Origin: Leptonemataceae bacterium
GTDB taxonomy: Bacteria > Spirochaetota > Leptospiria > Leptospirales > Leptonemataceae
Assembly (NCBI GenBank): GCA_965227295.1
Contig: OZ245742.1
Span: 3,360,001 to 3,424,000 of the forward strand
Length of the DNA stretch: 64,000 nucleotides
Direction of reading: 5' to 3'
Shown one piece after another: positions 49,330-59,082 of the stretch (position 1 is its first letter; every line of letters starts with the position of its first letter). The notes under the pieces are model-generated. The model made no database searches. It saw nothing but the letters and a program-made list of their open reading frames with translations, and was not told the DNA's origin. The translations under genes were made by a program, and so were the position numbers.

Positions 49330-51435
49330 TTACCAGCGCGGGCCTCCGCGTTCGTAGAAGGAGGGCAGGACGCCCTCGGGGTGGCTGACGGTATAACGCA
49401 CGATGATCTTGCGCTCCTCGCCGGGTTGCAGCTTCAGGCGAAAGCGCAGCAGGCCGGCCTTTTCGTGGCGCTCGGCCGCCATGGGTTCGATGCTCACGTC
49501 GGAGACCTTTACGCGCTCGTCGTTGCTTACGGGCAGGCGATCGAAGACGTCCAGCTCGGTGGCGCTGCGCCGGCGGTTTTTGACGGTGATGGTCACCGTG
49601 TGTTTGTATACGTAAGACGTGCTCAGTATGCCGCTTTTCTCGCGGTATTTATCCTCGGTGCGGCTGAGGCTGATGTCCTCGTTCGCTCCCAGGTGCAGCG
49701 GGAAGGGCTCTTTTTTGGAGACATCTTTCAACAGGGCCTCGCCGACGTAGTCGCGATCGTGAAAGACGGAGACCGGTCCTTCCAGGAGCGGCGTCTCTTC
49801 GGTGTAACGTACGCGGCCGGTCAGAAAGGCGAACGGTTGCTTCAGTGGTGTGGCCTCGTAGAGCAGATCGGCGCTGAGATCTTTTTCGTAGAGATAGGTC
49901 TTTCGAAAGGCGCCGTCGGAACTTACGTCTTCGGTATTGCGCGCGACGTAGCGATGGTCGTAGCCCCGGGCGGAGCGCGACGGCGGCACCAGGCGCGCGA
50001 TCAGGGCGCGGTTCTCCTGCATTTCCAGAGAGCGGCGCTTGATCTTTTCGGAGCGGCGCTGTTCATCGGTGAAGTGTTTCTGGTACCGCGGACTGAGCGC
50101 GCCGATGTTCTCGATGACGTTTTCGCTGTAGCGCAGGGCGTCGTCGAAGTCGCCGCGTTCCAGGGCCCGGTCGCGGTTGCTTATGTTCTGTTCAAAATCA
50201 CTTAAGAGCTTTTGCGTGGTGTCGGATTTCTTGCGGGCCTTTTCTTCTTTGATGTCCGCGAAGTTCTTTGTGTAGTAATCCTTCGAGCGACTGCGTTGTT
50301 GGTTCAGGCTCTCCTGGCGGCGTTGGGCGGCCGGGGCCAGGGGTTCGTTGGCGATTTCCTGGACCGGCATCTCGTCCGCTTCTTCCCGGGCGGACGCGAA
50401 GTCGTCGGAGGCGCCGGAGCTTACGTCGCCGTAGTTCGTTTTGTCCGCGAGGCTGCCGCGACGTTCGCTTTCCGCGGCTTCTTCGAGTTTCGCGCCGATG
50501 CGCCAGGCCCGCAGGGAAAGCAGCCGCGCCGATTCTTCCGGATCCGCGGCGGAGAAAGTCATACGCACGTTGTCCCAGTCCTCGCCGGTTTCGTTGCGCA
50601 CGAGGGCGTAGGCGATCAGACGCAGCTTCGCCTGGCTGCCGGCACTACGCTCCACGCGCGCGCCGTAGACCGGAAACCACGCGGCGTTGCCGATGCGATA
50701 GTTCAATCGCAGACGCACGTCGGCCTCGCGTTCGCTGTCCACCTGGATTGTTACGCGTTTGCGTTCGTAGGATTTCGCGGAGCGGTAGCGTTCGGCGACG
50801 AAGAGGGCCACACTCAGTTCTTCGCGCGCGTCGTCGATTTTTCCGAGCAGCGTACGGGTGCGGTCGTGATTGTTCTTAAGTGATGTTTGCAAGAAGTCAA
50901 GGGTCTGTTGCCAGGCCCGCGGGTCCAGGGTGAAGGTCGGGGCCTCGCCGTTTTTCGGATTCGGCACGGTGCCCGGCTGAATGCCGCGCAGCATCTTCTC
51001 TTCTTCGCGGAGGGCGGCGTATTCATCGCTGAGTCGGCGTAAATGCGATTCGGCCTCGCGCAACAGTACCTCGGCCTCGCGGGCTTCCTCGCTCAGATAA
51101 CGTTGTTCGTGGACGCTTTCGACTTCGATCTCGCGGATTTTCAGGCCGTCCTTCTTGCCGTCGGTGTACTCGAGGACGGCGCGTACTGAATCGCCGAAGA
51201 GGGAGCCGGGCAGATCGTCGATGATGAGCCGGCTTTCGCCGCGTTTCAACCGGGCGTCCCCGGCGCGCTCCACCAGGGCCTGGTCGCTGTAGACCTGGAC
51301 TTCGCGGATCGGGAAGGGGTGGGGCTGCGTGCCGGCGCCCGCCGGGGCGTTTTCGATGGAGAGCAGCGGCGGGGCCAGGGCCAGAGACAGGAGGATCGCC
51401 GTGAGGGAATGAATGCGAAGGCGGTGTGATTGCAT
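49330..51435 (-). CDS. DUF4140/DUF4139 (MuiA-like) exported protein with helical insertion
   Basis: VQVYSDQALVER, NETGEDWDNV, PLLEGPV, DRLPVS. Confidence 0.88.
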   Translation of the reverse strand: MQSHRLRIHSLTAILLSLALAPPLLSIENAPAGAGTQPHPFPIREVQVYSDQALVERAGDARLKRGESRLIIDDLPGSLFGDSVRAVLEYTDGKKDGLKIREIEVESVHEQRYLSEEAREAEVLLREAESHLRRLSDEYAALREEEKMLRGIQPGTVPNPKNGEAPTFTLDPRAWQQTLDFLQTSLKNNHDRTRTLLGKIDDAREELSVALFVAERYRSAKSYERKRVTIQVDSEREADVRLRLNYRIGNAAWFPVYGARVERSAGSQAKLRLIAYALVRNETGEDWDNVRMTFSAADPEESARLLSLRAWRIGAKLEEAAESERRGSLADKTNYGDVSSGASDDFASAREEADEMPVQEIANEPLAPAAQRRQESLNQQRSRSKDYYTKNFADIKEEKARKKSDTTQKLLSDFEQNISNRDRALERGDFDDALRYSENVIENIGALSPRYQKHFTDEQRRSEKIKRRSLEMQENRALIARLVPPSRSARGYDHRYVARNTEDVSSDGAFRKTYLYEKDLSADLLYEATPLKQPFAFLTGRVRYTEETPLLEGPVSVFHDRDYVGEALLKDVSKKEPFPLHLGANEDISLSRTEDKYREKSGILSTSYVYKHTVTITVKNRRRSATELDVFDRLPVSNDERVKVSDVSIEPMAAERHEKAGLLRFRLKLQPGEERKIIVRYTVSHPEGVLPSFYERGGPRW

Positions 51436-51661
51436 GATTGTACTCGTGTGCGTAAGTGTCGTGTTAGAGCAATGTTCGGGTGATTTCGTTCATTTCGGGA
51501 AGCGAAAAATCTCCGGAAGAGTGAACCACAGAGGCACCGAGGTCACCGGGGAAAATCCGACCGCCGCCGGAGGCAAAGGGCGCCGTCCTTATGAGTGCCG
51601 ACTCATGATCTTCCTCCGGTTGACGTTGCGGCTAAAGATTCTTTTCGTGTAATTTGAGATT

Positions 51662-52156
51662 ATGTCCGAGCAAACCCCGCGATTTAACAAGAACGAGGCC
51701 GTCGTCGAGGACAAACGTTCGCTGGCCTTCCCGACGCGCACCCTCGATCCGGCGTATACCCTGGTGGATCGTGCGAAGGAGATCGAGCAGGCGGAGCAGT
51801 CCATCGAATCCCACGTGCACGGCAAGCTGGACGTCATTGTCGATCAGATCCGTTCGTTGAAAGAGCAGGCCCGGGAAATCATGGAGCAGGCCCAGCGCGA
51901 CGTGCAACTGCACCAGGTGAAGTGCAACTTCGAGAAGATGATCGGGCAGCCGATCCACCTCTACGAAAAAGAAGACGGCGCGCTCTACTTCTCGCTGCTT
52001 TCGCCGGCGGACTGGAAGGGCAATCCGCCGAATCGTTTTCGCGGCAGTTACGCGCTGCAGGCCGATCGCAGCTTTGAAGTGATCGAAGAGGTGGAAGTCG
52101 AAACGGAAGCGGCGAGCGAAGATACGGCGGCGCCCGAACCGGAAGCCGGCCGTTGA
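51662..52156 (+). CDS. DUF2452-like protein
   Basis: KLDVIVDQIRSLKEQAREI, CNF.K.IG...HLY, SLLSPADW. Confidence 0.75.
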   Translation: MSEQTPRFNKNEAVVEDKRSLAFPTRTLDPAYTLVDRAKEIEQAEQSIESHVHGKLDVIVDQIRSLKEQAREIMEQAQRDVQLHQVKCNFEKMIGQPIHLYEKEDGALYFSLLSPADWKGNPPNRFRGSYALQADRSFEVIEEVEVETEAASEDTAAPEPEAGR

Positions 52157-52192
52157 TGTTGTGACCGCGCGGGTTTCTTCGTCTACTACTGG

Positions 52193-52987
52193 ATGTCGCT
52201 GTCACTCATCCCCATCGCGATCCAGGAACGCATCGGCGCGGAACTGAAGCGCATCGAAGCCGCGCGTAACGTGCGCGTGCTGTATGCCTGCGAGTCGGGG
52301 AGTCGTGCCTGGGGCTTCGAGTCCCGCGATAGCGACTTCGACGTACGCTTTCTCTACGTGCACGACGTGGACTGGTATCTCACCATCGGCACGCCCCGCG
52401 ATGTGATCGAAGAACCCATCACCGACGAGCTGGACATTTCCGGCTGGGATTTGCGCAAGGCCCTCGTGTTGTTTCGCAAGAGCAACCCGGCGCTGTTGGA
52501 ATGGCTGCGTTCGCCGATCGTCTACTTCGATCGCGACGGTTTCGCGGAACGGCTGAACACGCTGCGCCGCCGCTACTTTTCGCCGCGTTCCGGAATCTAT
52601 CACTATCGTTCCATGGCGGCGCGGAACTATCGCGAGTATCTGCAGCGGGACGCGGTGAAGATCAAGAAGTACTTCTACGTGCTGCGTCCGGTGCTCGCGT
52701 CGTTGTGGATCGAACGTTTCGATGAATCGCCGCCCATGCTCTTTGAAACGCTGCTCGACGAGTTTCTGCCGAAGGGTTCGTCCCTGCGCGGGAAGATCGA
52801 CGTGCTGCTTGAGCGCAAACGTGCGGGGGAAGAACTGGACCTGGAGTCGCGGGTGCCCGAGATTAACATGTTTATCGAATCGGAACTGGAACGCCTGGGG
52901 CAAGTCGTCGACGGGTTGCCCGTGGCCGAGGACCTGGACAAGGCCGCGCTGGATGCGTTGTTTCGGGAGACGGTGCTTGGTACCTGA
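52193..52987 (+). CDS. Pol-beta superfamily nucleotidyltransferase (YcgL/RlaP, PF10127 type)
   Basis: YACESGSRAWGFESRDSDFDVRF, SGWDLRKAL, SNP..LEWL.SP, KKYFYVLRP. Confidence 0.9.
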   Translation: MSLSLIPIAIQERIGAELKRIEAARNVRVLYACESGSRAWGFESRDSDFDVRFLYVHDVDWYLTIGTPRDVIEEPITDELDISGWDLRKALVLFRKSNPALLEWLRSPIVYFDRDGFAERLNTLRRRYFSPRSGIYHYRSMAARNYREYLQRDAVKIKKYFYVLRPVLASLWIERFDESPPMLFETLLDEFLPKGSSLRGKIDVLLERKRAGEELDLESRVPEINMFIESELERLGQVVDGLPVAEDLDKAALDALFRETVLGT

Positions 52988-53016
52988 CCTACGGCTGTAT
53001 GACCCGGATGCCGGGA

Positions 53017-54138
53017 TCATTCAACCGCCAGGACCTTCCGGGCCACCGCCTCGCCGAAAGCCGCGGCCCGTTCCACGCGTTCCAGATCCACGGCGTCGGC
53101 GGTGTCCTGAGGCGTATGGATCCACGGCATGAGGCCCTCGTCGTCATAGGAGGCGATCGTCAACGCGGGCAGGCCGCCGCGATGAAACCAGACACTGTCG
53201 AAGTCACCGACGTGATGCCGGCCGGAGCTGATGTCTGTAAAGGCGGGATCCTCCTCGCTTAACTTCTGAGCAGCGGCGGTTAATACGTTCTCGTAACGAA
53301 CCGCCGTGAAACCGCCGCTCTGCACAATGAACCGCACGTTCTTTGTCCCCAGGGTGTCGTAGTTCAAGACGCCGGTCTCGCGCTCGTGCAACTCACGACG
53401 GTGTTTGCGATAGTAGTGCCGGGCTCCGAGCATGCCGGCTTCCTCGGCGCTGGTAATCACCAGACGCACCTCGGTGTTCGCGGGCGGATCATTCCAGAGC
53501 CGCGCGGCCGTTTGTACCGCCGCGGCCACCCCGCTCAAGTTATCGTTCGCGCCGGGCGTAAAACCGAAGCGCAGATAATCGATGCACGCGATGACGTACT
53601 GCACCAACACGGCCGTGCTCGCCGCGGCGAGCACCCAGGTCGGGAGCGTGATGCCGGCGAGGGCCAGAGCCGGTAACACCACACCGGTGCCGATGATCGC
53701 CGTGCCCAGGTAAATGGCCGCGGCGAAGTTCTTCACCTGGTCCGGACGATAGGCGAACGAGGCAGGGGCGCTGTCCAGATGAGCCATCACAATGAGCAGG
53801 CGCGGGCCGGAGCCGCCCCGGGCAACCAGGTTTGCCGTTGTGCGACGCGGGCCGAGCCATATCAACGGCGACAGGCGCCAGTCAAAGAAGAGGACGTGAC
53901 TGAGAAAGGCCGTCGCGCCCAGGACGAGACCGGCGACGGCCTGCTGCGGCGCGAGCCAGTGCGCGGCGACGGCGCCCGCGGCGATGAGGGCAAAGAACGG
54001 AAGATACGTGGCGGGGGCGAAGAAAAGCTCGGTGCTCACGTGAGCGGGGCCGTGTGTTTCCAGATGCCGGCGTAATTGTTCCCGGGCCTCGTACTCGTGG
54101 TGTGTTCCCGTACCGCGATGGGGAATCTCCGCGAGCAT
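53017..54138 (-). CDS. M28-family peptidase with transmembrane insertions
   Basis: AHLDS, GANDNLSG, AEEAG, NYD, IHTPQD; start placed at ATG 54138. Confidence 0.85.
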   Translation of the reverse strand: MLAEIPHRGTGTHHEYEAREQLRRHLETHGPAHVSTELFFAPATYLPFFALIAAGAVAAHWLAPQQAVAGLVLGATAFLSHVLFFDWRLSPLIWLGPRRTTANLVARGGSGPRLLIVMAHLDSAPASFAYRPDQVKNFAAAIYLGTAIIGTGVVLPALALAGITLPTWVLAAASTAVLVQYVIACIDYLRFGFTPGANDNLSGVAAAVQTAARLWNDPPANTEVRLVITSAEEAGMLGARHYYRKHRRELHERETGVLNYDTLGTKNVRFIVQSGGFTAVRYENVLTAAAQKLSEEDPAFTDISSGRHHVGDFDSVWFHRGGLPALTIASYDDEGLMPWIHTPQDTADAVDLERVERAAAFGEAVARKVLAVE

Positions 54139-54240
54139 GGTAAATACTTCACGCACTCGTAACATTCTACGAGAAGAACCGAAGCGAAGTCCGGCGTCCA
54201 GAATAAACCCCTTGCCCTTTTTGCAGCGCAACTTCCAACT

Positions 54241-56556
54241 GTGCCCGTGCTTGATCCGCCGTCCGAATTCAGCAGTTCCGCTCTCGCCGCAAAACCGGAG
54301 ACGCTCCAGGTCGGCGAGCACCGCGTGGACTATCTCGCGTTTTCCAGGCCGGAGTACGCCGATCGTGTTCCCGTCGTGTTGATCGGCGGGGTCTTACAAA
54401 ACTTTGCGGGCTTTCGTCGCGAGGTGAATACCTTTCTCGATCATCGTCCGGTGTGGATCGTCTTTCTGCCCGGCCAGGGTCCGAACCCGGAACTCAGCCA
54501 GGATCTCTCGTTTCACGATCTGGCCGCGGTACTCCGGGACTTCCTCGATGAGCGGGGCGTGGATCGCATTGCGCCCATGGGATTGTTCTTCGGCGCGCTC
54601 ATCGCCTTCGCCTTCGCCTCGGCGTACCCCGCTCGAACCGAGCGTGCGATTTTCGCCGGCATTACCGTGGAGTTGCGCGAGGGCTTCGCGCGCCAACTGG
54701 AGTCCGCGCTGCAATACGTCGAAGCCGGTGAGATGAAAAAGTTCGCCCGGGCTTCCGTACTGCACATGAGCAATCCCTCGAAGTGGGAACAGACCGGTGT
54801 GCGCGAACGTTTTCTGAAGTTCTTCGCGCATAAGATTCAAAACATGTCGCCGGCCGAGCAGCGAAAGTACGTACAGAACGTGCGTCGATTGTTTCGCATG
54901 GGTACGGAGTTCGACGAAGACGTACGCGTTCCCGGCCCGGCGTTGATTTTGTCCGGCGAGTTCGACATGTTCACCACCCGCGGCGATAACTTTCGCGCGG
55001 CGGAACGTTGCGACGACGCGCGCTTTGCCGTGATTCGTAACGCCGATCATCTGGGTCGCCTGGAGCGCAGCGAGGAATGGTTGCAGGCCTGCGATGTGTT
55101 TCTGCGCGGTGCCGACGTTTCGGAAGTAAGCGGTGTCGAGGTCTGGCCGGCCTTCGATCATCGCCTGGATCCGCGCTGGGATGCGAAGGATGTGCGCGTG
55201 CGGATTACGAGTCCCGGCGGGGGGACGGTGGACGGCCGGCTGCGCAACGTAAACTATGACGGCTGCCTGGTTCATCTGGACGGTGCGACCTTGCAGATGG
55301 AGCCGGCCCTCTTCGTCGAACAGGGCGGCGACTTTCAGGTACGCATCGAACCCGAGGGCGAAGAGGACATCTGCATCGACGGAGTGCCGTTGCCCGGCAG
55401 CACGGACGACCAGGTGCGATTTGTATTTATGAAGAACGACTTTCGATCCGTGGGTGCGCTCAAACGTTTCGTAGACAACGCGGCGAAGGCCCTGGTGTTC
55501 TTGCTCGCCTGCGGCGTGACTTCGCTGTTCGCCTTTCATCCGGAGGAGGATCAGGATCGCTGGACGCGGCTTACGATTAAAGAAGCCTTCGTGAGTCGCG
55601 CAACGTCTCAGGCCCACCGCGACGTCTTCAGCGCGCCGGAGTTCGGCTGGCACGTGAGGTCCGCGGGCAATCGTCTCGCCCGGGGTGATCTTTACGCGGA
55701 CGTATATTACGCGCGCGGGCCGGACGAACCGGCGCGCCTGGTGCTGGTGGAACGAGATATGCTGGCGGACGACACCGTGGCCGGGGTAGATCTGCCGCCG
55801 GCCACCGGTAAGATCGAACGGTACGAACTTACGAGTAACGGCGACTTTGTAATGCTCGAACGCAGTGAGTTCCGTCCCGACGCGAACTCCGGTGCCGATG
55901 CCCGCAAGTGCGGGGCCATCGCGCTTGCCGGCAAAAAAGAACACACGGACAGCCTTTCGTTTCGCGACGGCGATTACACGGACTACTATTATCTGCCGGA
56001 GAAACCCACGGTAGTGCTGATCCTCGATCGTTCCATTGGCGGGGACTTTACGTTTCCCGACGCCGTCGCTCCGCCGCGCATCGTTCCGGAAGGCCCCGTC
56101 TTCGGCCGTACCGTGGTGCTGGACTTTGCCGGCCGGAAAGAGATGCCCTACCTGCGATTGCGCGGGAGCATCGGCGCGGGTAAGAGTGCCTATCGTCTGT
56201 TGATCGTGGAGCACGCGGATCCGGACGAGCGCGCCCGCGGGCTCATCCGCGCTCTTTTTCAGTATATTCGTACCGACCGCGACGGTGGGAGCGGCTATTT
56301 TCGCAGCACGGTTACGGACATCATGTTAAAGTACGACGAAATAAACTTAGCGAACGAGTGCCGCTCCGCTCTGGAAAATCCCCGGGAAACCGAGGCACTG
56401 CGCATCTTCTGCGGCGAAGCACTCTACAAACGCGGCGATGCCGACGACCGCAAGTTTCTGGACGAGCGTTACGACGGCGAGAGCGAGGAGTACCGGCGCC
56501 GGCTGCGACGTTTCCACGAGAAGCCCCTGCAAGGAGAGGAGGCCGCGCAACCGTGA
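54241..56556 (+). CDS. Alpha/beta-hydrolase-fold + PilZ + hydrophobic segment + unknown C-terminal domain fusion
   Basis: Hydrolase fold (LIGGVLQ, LPGQG, GEFD, ADHL); RLDPR and NVNYDG PilZ motifs; continuous 771-aa ORF. Confidence 0.7.
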   Translation: MPVLDPPSEFSSSALAAKPETLQVGEHRVDYLAFSRPEYADRVPVVLIGGVLQNFAGFRREVNTFLDHRPVWIVFLPGQGPNPELSQDLSFHDLAAVLRDFLDERGVDRIAPMGLFFGALIAFAFASAYPARTERAIFAGITVELREGFARQLESALQYVEAGEMKKFARASVLHMSNPSKWEQTGVRERFLKFFAHKIQNMSPAEQRKYVQNVRRLFRMGTEFDEDVRVPGPALILSGEFDMFTTRGDNFRAAERCDDARFAVIRNADHLGRLERSEEWLQACDVFLRGADVSEVSGVEVWPAFDHRLDPRWDAKDVRVRITSPGGGTVDGRLRNVNYDGCLVHLDGATLQMEPALFVEQGGDFQVRIEPEGEEDICIDGVPLPGSTDDQVRFVFMKNDFRSVGALKRFVDNAAKALVFLLACGVTSLFAFHPEEDQDRWTRLTIKEAFVSRATSQAHRDVFSAPEFGWHVRSAGNRLARGDLYADVYYARGPDEPARLVLVERDMLADDTVAGVDLPPATGKIERYELTSNGDFVMLERSEFRPDANSGADARKCGAIALAGKKEHTDSLSFRDGDYTDYYYLPEKPTVVLILDRSIGGDFTFPDAVAPPRIVPEGPVFGRTVVLDFAGRKEMPYLRLRGSIGAGKSAYRLLIVEHADPDERARGLIRALFQYIRTDRDGGSGYFRSTVTDIMLKYDEINLANECRSALENPRETEALRIFCGEALYKRGDADDRKFLDERYDGESEEYRRRLRRFHEKPLQGEEAAQP

Positions 56557-57203
56557 TCGAGTTCTTGATGGATCAGGCGCAGTACGCGCACTTCTACGCG
56601 TTCGGATTGCTGATGCTCGCTGGATTGAACATCCCGGTATCCGAGGACCTCGTCGCCATCGGCTGCGGCGTGCTGTCGGCCACCGTCGTTCCGGAAAACA
56701 TTACGATTCTTTTTCTGGGCGTATACATCGGCGCTTTTTGCAGCGACGTCGAAAACTACTGGCTCGCTCGCATCGTCGGCACGCGCTTGCTTCGATGGCG
56801 TCCCATCCGGGCCGTCATCTCGCCGGAGCGCCTGGCCCAGGCCAAACGCCTCACCGAACGTTACGGCGCCTTCGCGATTTTGTTCGGTCGCTTCATTCCG
56901 TTCGGGGTCCGCAACGCCCTGTTTACCACGGCCGGCCTCACGCACATGCCGTTTCTTCGTTTCGCTCTGGCCGATCTTGTTGCCTGCACGATTACGACGA
57001 TCATCCTGTTTTCCCTGGGCAACGCCTTCGGAAAGAACTACGATAAACTCCTCGATTACGTGAACGAGGGAAAGATCTACATCATTTCTGTTGTGGCGAT
57101 TGTCGGCGTCGTAGTGTTTGTTGTGGTGAAGTTACGGGAAACAAAAAATGCCGGAAAGGACGTGGAGGAACGATCTAAAGAGAATTCAAAAACGTTTCAC
57201 TGA
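56553..57203 (+). CDS. DedA family membrane protein
   Basis: GLNIPVSED, RYG..AILFGRFIPFGVR, AGLTHMPF.RF; GTGA overlap with the upstream gene. Confidence 0.92.
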   Translation: MIEFLMDQAQYAHFYAFGLLMLAGLNIPVSEDLVAIGCGVLSATVVPENITILFLGVYIGAFCSDVENYWLARIVGTRLLRWRPIRAVISPERLAQAKRLTERYGAFAILFGRFIPFGVRNALFTTAGLTHMPFLRFALADLVACTITTIILFSLGNAFGKNYDKLLDYVNEGKIYIISVVAIVGVVVFVVVKLRETKNAGKDVEERSKENSKTFH

Positions 57204-58143
57204 GTCCGGCAATCCAGTCTCTTTGCGCAAGACCCGCTTGCCATTTCGGCGGGATAGAATCGATTCCGTAGTAGATGCCTGCAAGACCGCCGGTTACCGC
57301 CGCGGTGGTATCTGAATCATCTCCCAGATTGACGGCCCTCAGCGTCGCAGCGGGATAATCATGTTCATTCAAAAGGCACCAGAGACTTGCTTCCAGCGTG
57401 TGAATCACAAATCCAGTGGAGTGAATTTGTGATTCAGGTATATCGGTGAAAGCACTGTCCAGGATGCGGTCGAAGTGATGTGCATGATTGGTACCGAGAA
57501 TGCTTCGGTATTCGTCCGATCGCTTACGAACGGATTGTAAGGCGGTTGCGGGGACCGCACCCCGCACTAGTGAACGGGCAAAGTCCAGGAACACAATGCA
57601 GGCCGTGTTGGATATATTATGCCTGTGAGTCAATGAGCAGACTTTCAGTATCAGTTGCAATTCATTCTCCCGGCTTCCCGGAAATTGCCGGGATTCCAGA
57701 AAAAATGCGAGAGGTAGAATGCGCATCAGTGCCCCGTTGCCGTTATCCATCGCTGTATCGCCGCCTGCAAGCGTCGGATCGATACCGGTTGCGAGACGAT
57801 CCAGCGCGCGGGATGTCGCGATACCGATGTCGAAGACCTCCCCGTGGGCCGTGAAGAAGCCGTACGACCACCAGGCAAGGAACTTCCCGGCTAACTTCTG
57901 AAGAGTAAAACCTTCGCCCAACGCTTCTAGAAGCGCCAGCATCAAGGAACTATCATCCGACCACGTTCCCGCCGGTTGATTATGCGTTCCGTACGCTCGA
58001 TAGTCACGCACCGGATCCCTTCGTAATTCTTCGCGCGAAAGAAACTCCACCGGCACTCCCAGGGCATCGCCGATACATGCGCCGAAAACGCCGCCGTGCA
58101 CTCTATTTCGAAGCGTAATGCTCAACTTTTTCGGAGCTTCCAT
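57175..58143 (-). CDS. ADP-ribosylglycohydrolase family protein
   Basis: GDALG.PVEF, TWSDDS, GNGALMR, TH, AVNLGDDSDT. Confidence 0.95.
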   Translation of the reverse strand: MEAPKKLSITLRNRVHGGVFGACIGDALGVPVEFLSREELRRDPVRDYRAYGTHNQPAGTWSDDSSLMLALLEALGEGFTLQKLAGKFLAWWSYGFFTAHGEVFDIGIATSRALDRLATGIDPTLAGGDTAMDNGNGALMRILPLAFFLESRQFPGSRENELQLILKVCSLTHRHNISNTACIVFLDFARSLVRGAVPATALQSVRKRSDEYRSILGTNHAHHFDRILDSAFTDIPESQIHSTGFVIHTLEASLWCLLNEHDYPAATLRAVNLGDDSDTTAAVTGGLAGIYYGIDSIPPKWQAGLAQRDWIAGLSETFLNSL

Positions 58144-58550
58144 CCCTGTTCCCGACAGTACGCTTCCATCGTCCGAAACGAATCGCGCAGGAATTTTTCC
58201 AGGGCCTTCGCGTCGATCTGATCCAGGTCTTTGATGTACACGCAGCTCTTGCCGATCTTCACCGGACCGAGGTCCTCTGCGTAGAGCTCCGTCAGATACT
58301 GCCCGTCCCGCGTGGCCATGGAATACAGCGTGATCTGATTCTTACGCGCGGCGTAACCGACGGAAAACCAGGTACCGCTCCGGCCCGAATCGTAGACGTA
58401 ATCGTACTCGCCGAAGCCGACCATGTCGTTGTTTACGCCGTAGAGCTTCGCCTGCCAGCGCGGGCGCACTTTGCGGATGATGCGATCCAGACGGCGCAGT
58501 TGCTCAGCCCGGGGATGCTTGAGCTTCTTTAAGAATTCCGCAACGGTCAT
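58122..58550 (-). CDS. DUF1801 domain protein
   Basis: MVGFG.Y.Y.Y.SGRSG.W, RK, GKSCVYIK.L. Confidence 0.88.
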   Translation of the reverse strand: MTVAEFLKKLKHPRAEQLRRLDRIIRKVRPRWQAKLYGVNNDMVGFGEYDYVYDSGRSGTWFSVGYAARKNQITLYSMATRDGQYLTELYAEDLGPVKIGKSCVYIKDLDQIDAKALEKFLRDSFRTMEAYCREQGWKLRKS

Positions 58551-58954
58551 CGCAATCCTTTCACCGCGTTGTGCATAAACTCGGCGCTCTTCCGTAACAT
58601 CCACATGCTGATGCGCACGAGCAGAAATACGTAGATCAGCGGCACGATCAACAGCACGTAACCGCCGAAGATGTAGGCGCTTTCTTCGTCGCCGCTCATG
58701 CGCCGCGGGATGGCGATCTCGCCGGGCGGCGCCGGTTCCTCGGGTAATTCGTGGACGCGATCGCGCAGCTCGACCCAGGCCGCAAATTTCTCCGGCGCGT
58801 AGAGGAGATCGTACGCGGCGAAGAAGGCGAGGAACGCGAGATACGCGCCCAGAAAAAAACAGAGGATGCCGAAGCCGCCGGAGAGCGCGGCGCCGGCGCT
58901 GAAACCGGGGCCGTCTCCGTCGTGCTGAGGTCGATGTTCGGTTTTATCGTACAT
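58547..58954 (-). CDS. Hypothetical two-TM membrane protein
   Basis: Two hydrophobic helices; ATGA overlap with the DUF1801 gene. Confidence 0.65.
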   Translation of the reverse strand: MYDKTEHRPQHDGDGPGFSAGAALSGGFGILCFFLGAYLAFLAFFAAYDLLYAPEKFAAWVELRDRVHELPEEPAPPGEIAIPRRMSGDEESAYIFGGYVLLIVPLIYVFLLVRISMWMLRKSAEFMHNAVKGLR

Positions 58955-59082
58955 GTTGCGCCGCTTACCCCGCCGGGAACCAGACCGGCATAACGCGCTT
59001 TCGGTGTAAATCGCAGTTGTACGGGATCAAGCCGAAATAATATTCACGTTTACCAGGCGGGCCGCTGAAAAAAACCTGCCCG

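Noticed and set aside
34986..52987. Pnkp-RlaP RNA repair system formed by the metallophosphoesterase and the nucleotidyltransferase
   Set aside because: The genes are about 17 kb apart in unrelated operons, and the phosphatase lacks kinase and ligase domains.
39154..56214. Further long alternative ORFs (39154-40410 +, 39230-40525 -, 54394-56214 -)
   Set aside because: They overlap recognisable genes and have Arg/Gly/Ala-rich shadow-frame composition.
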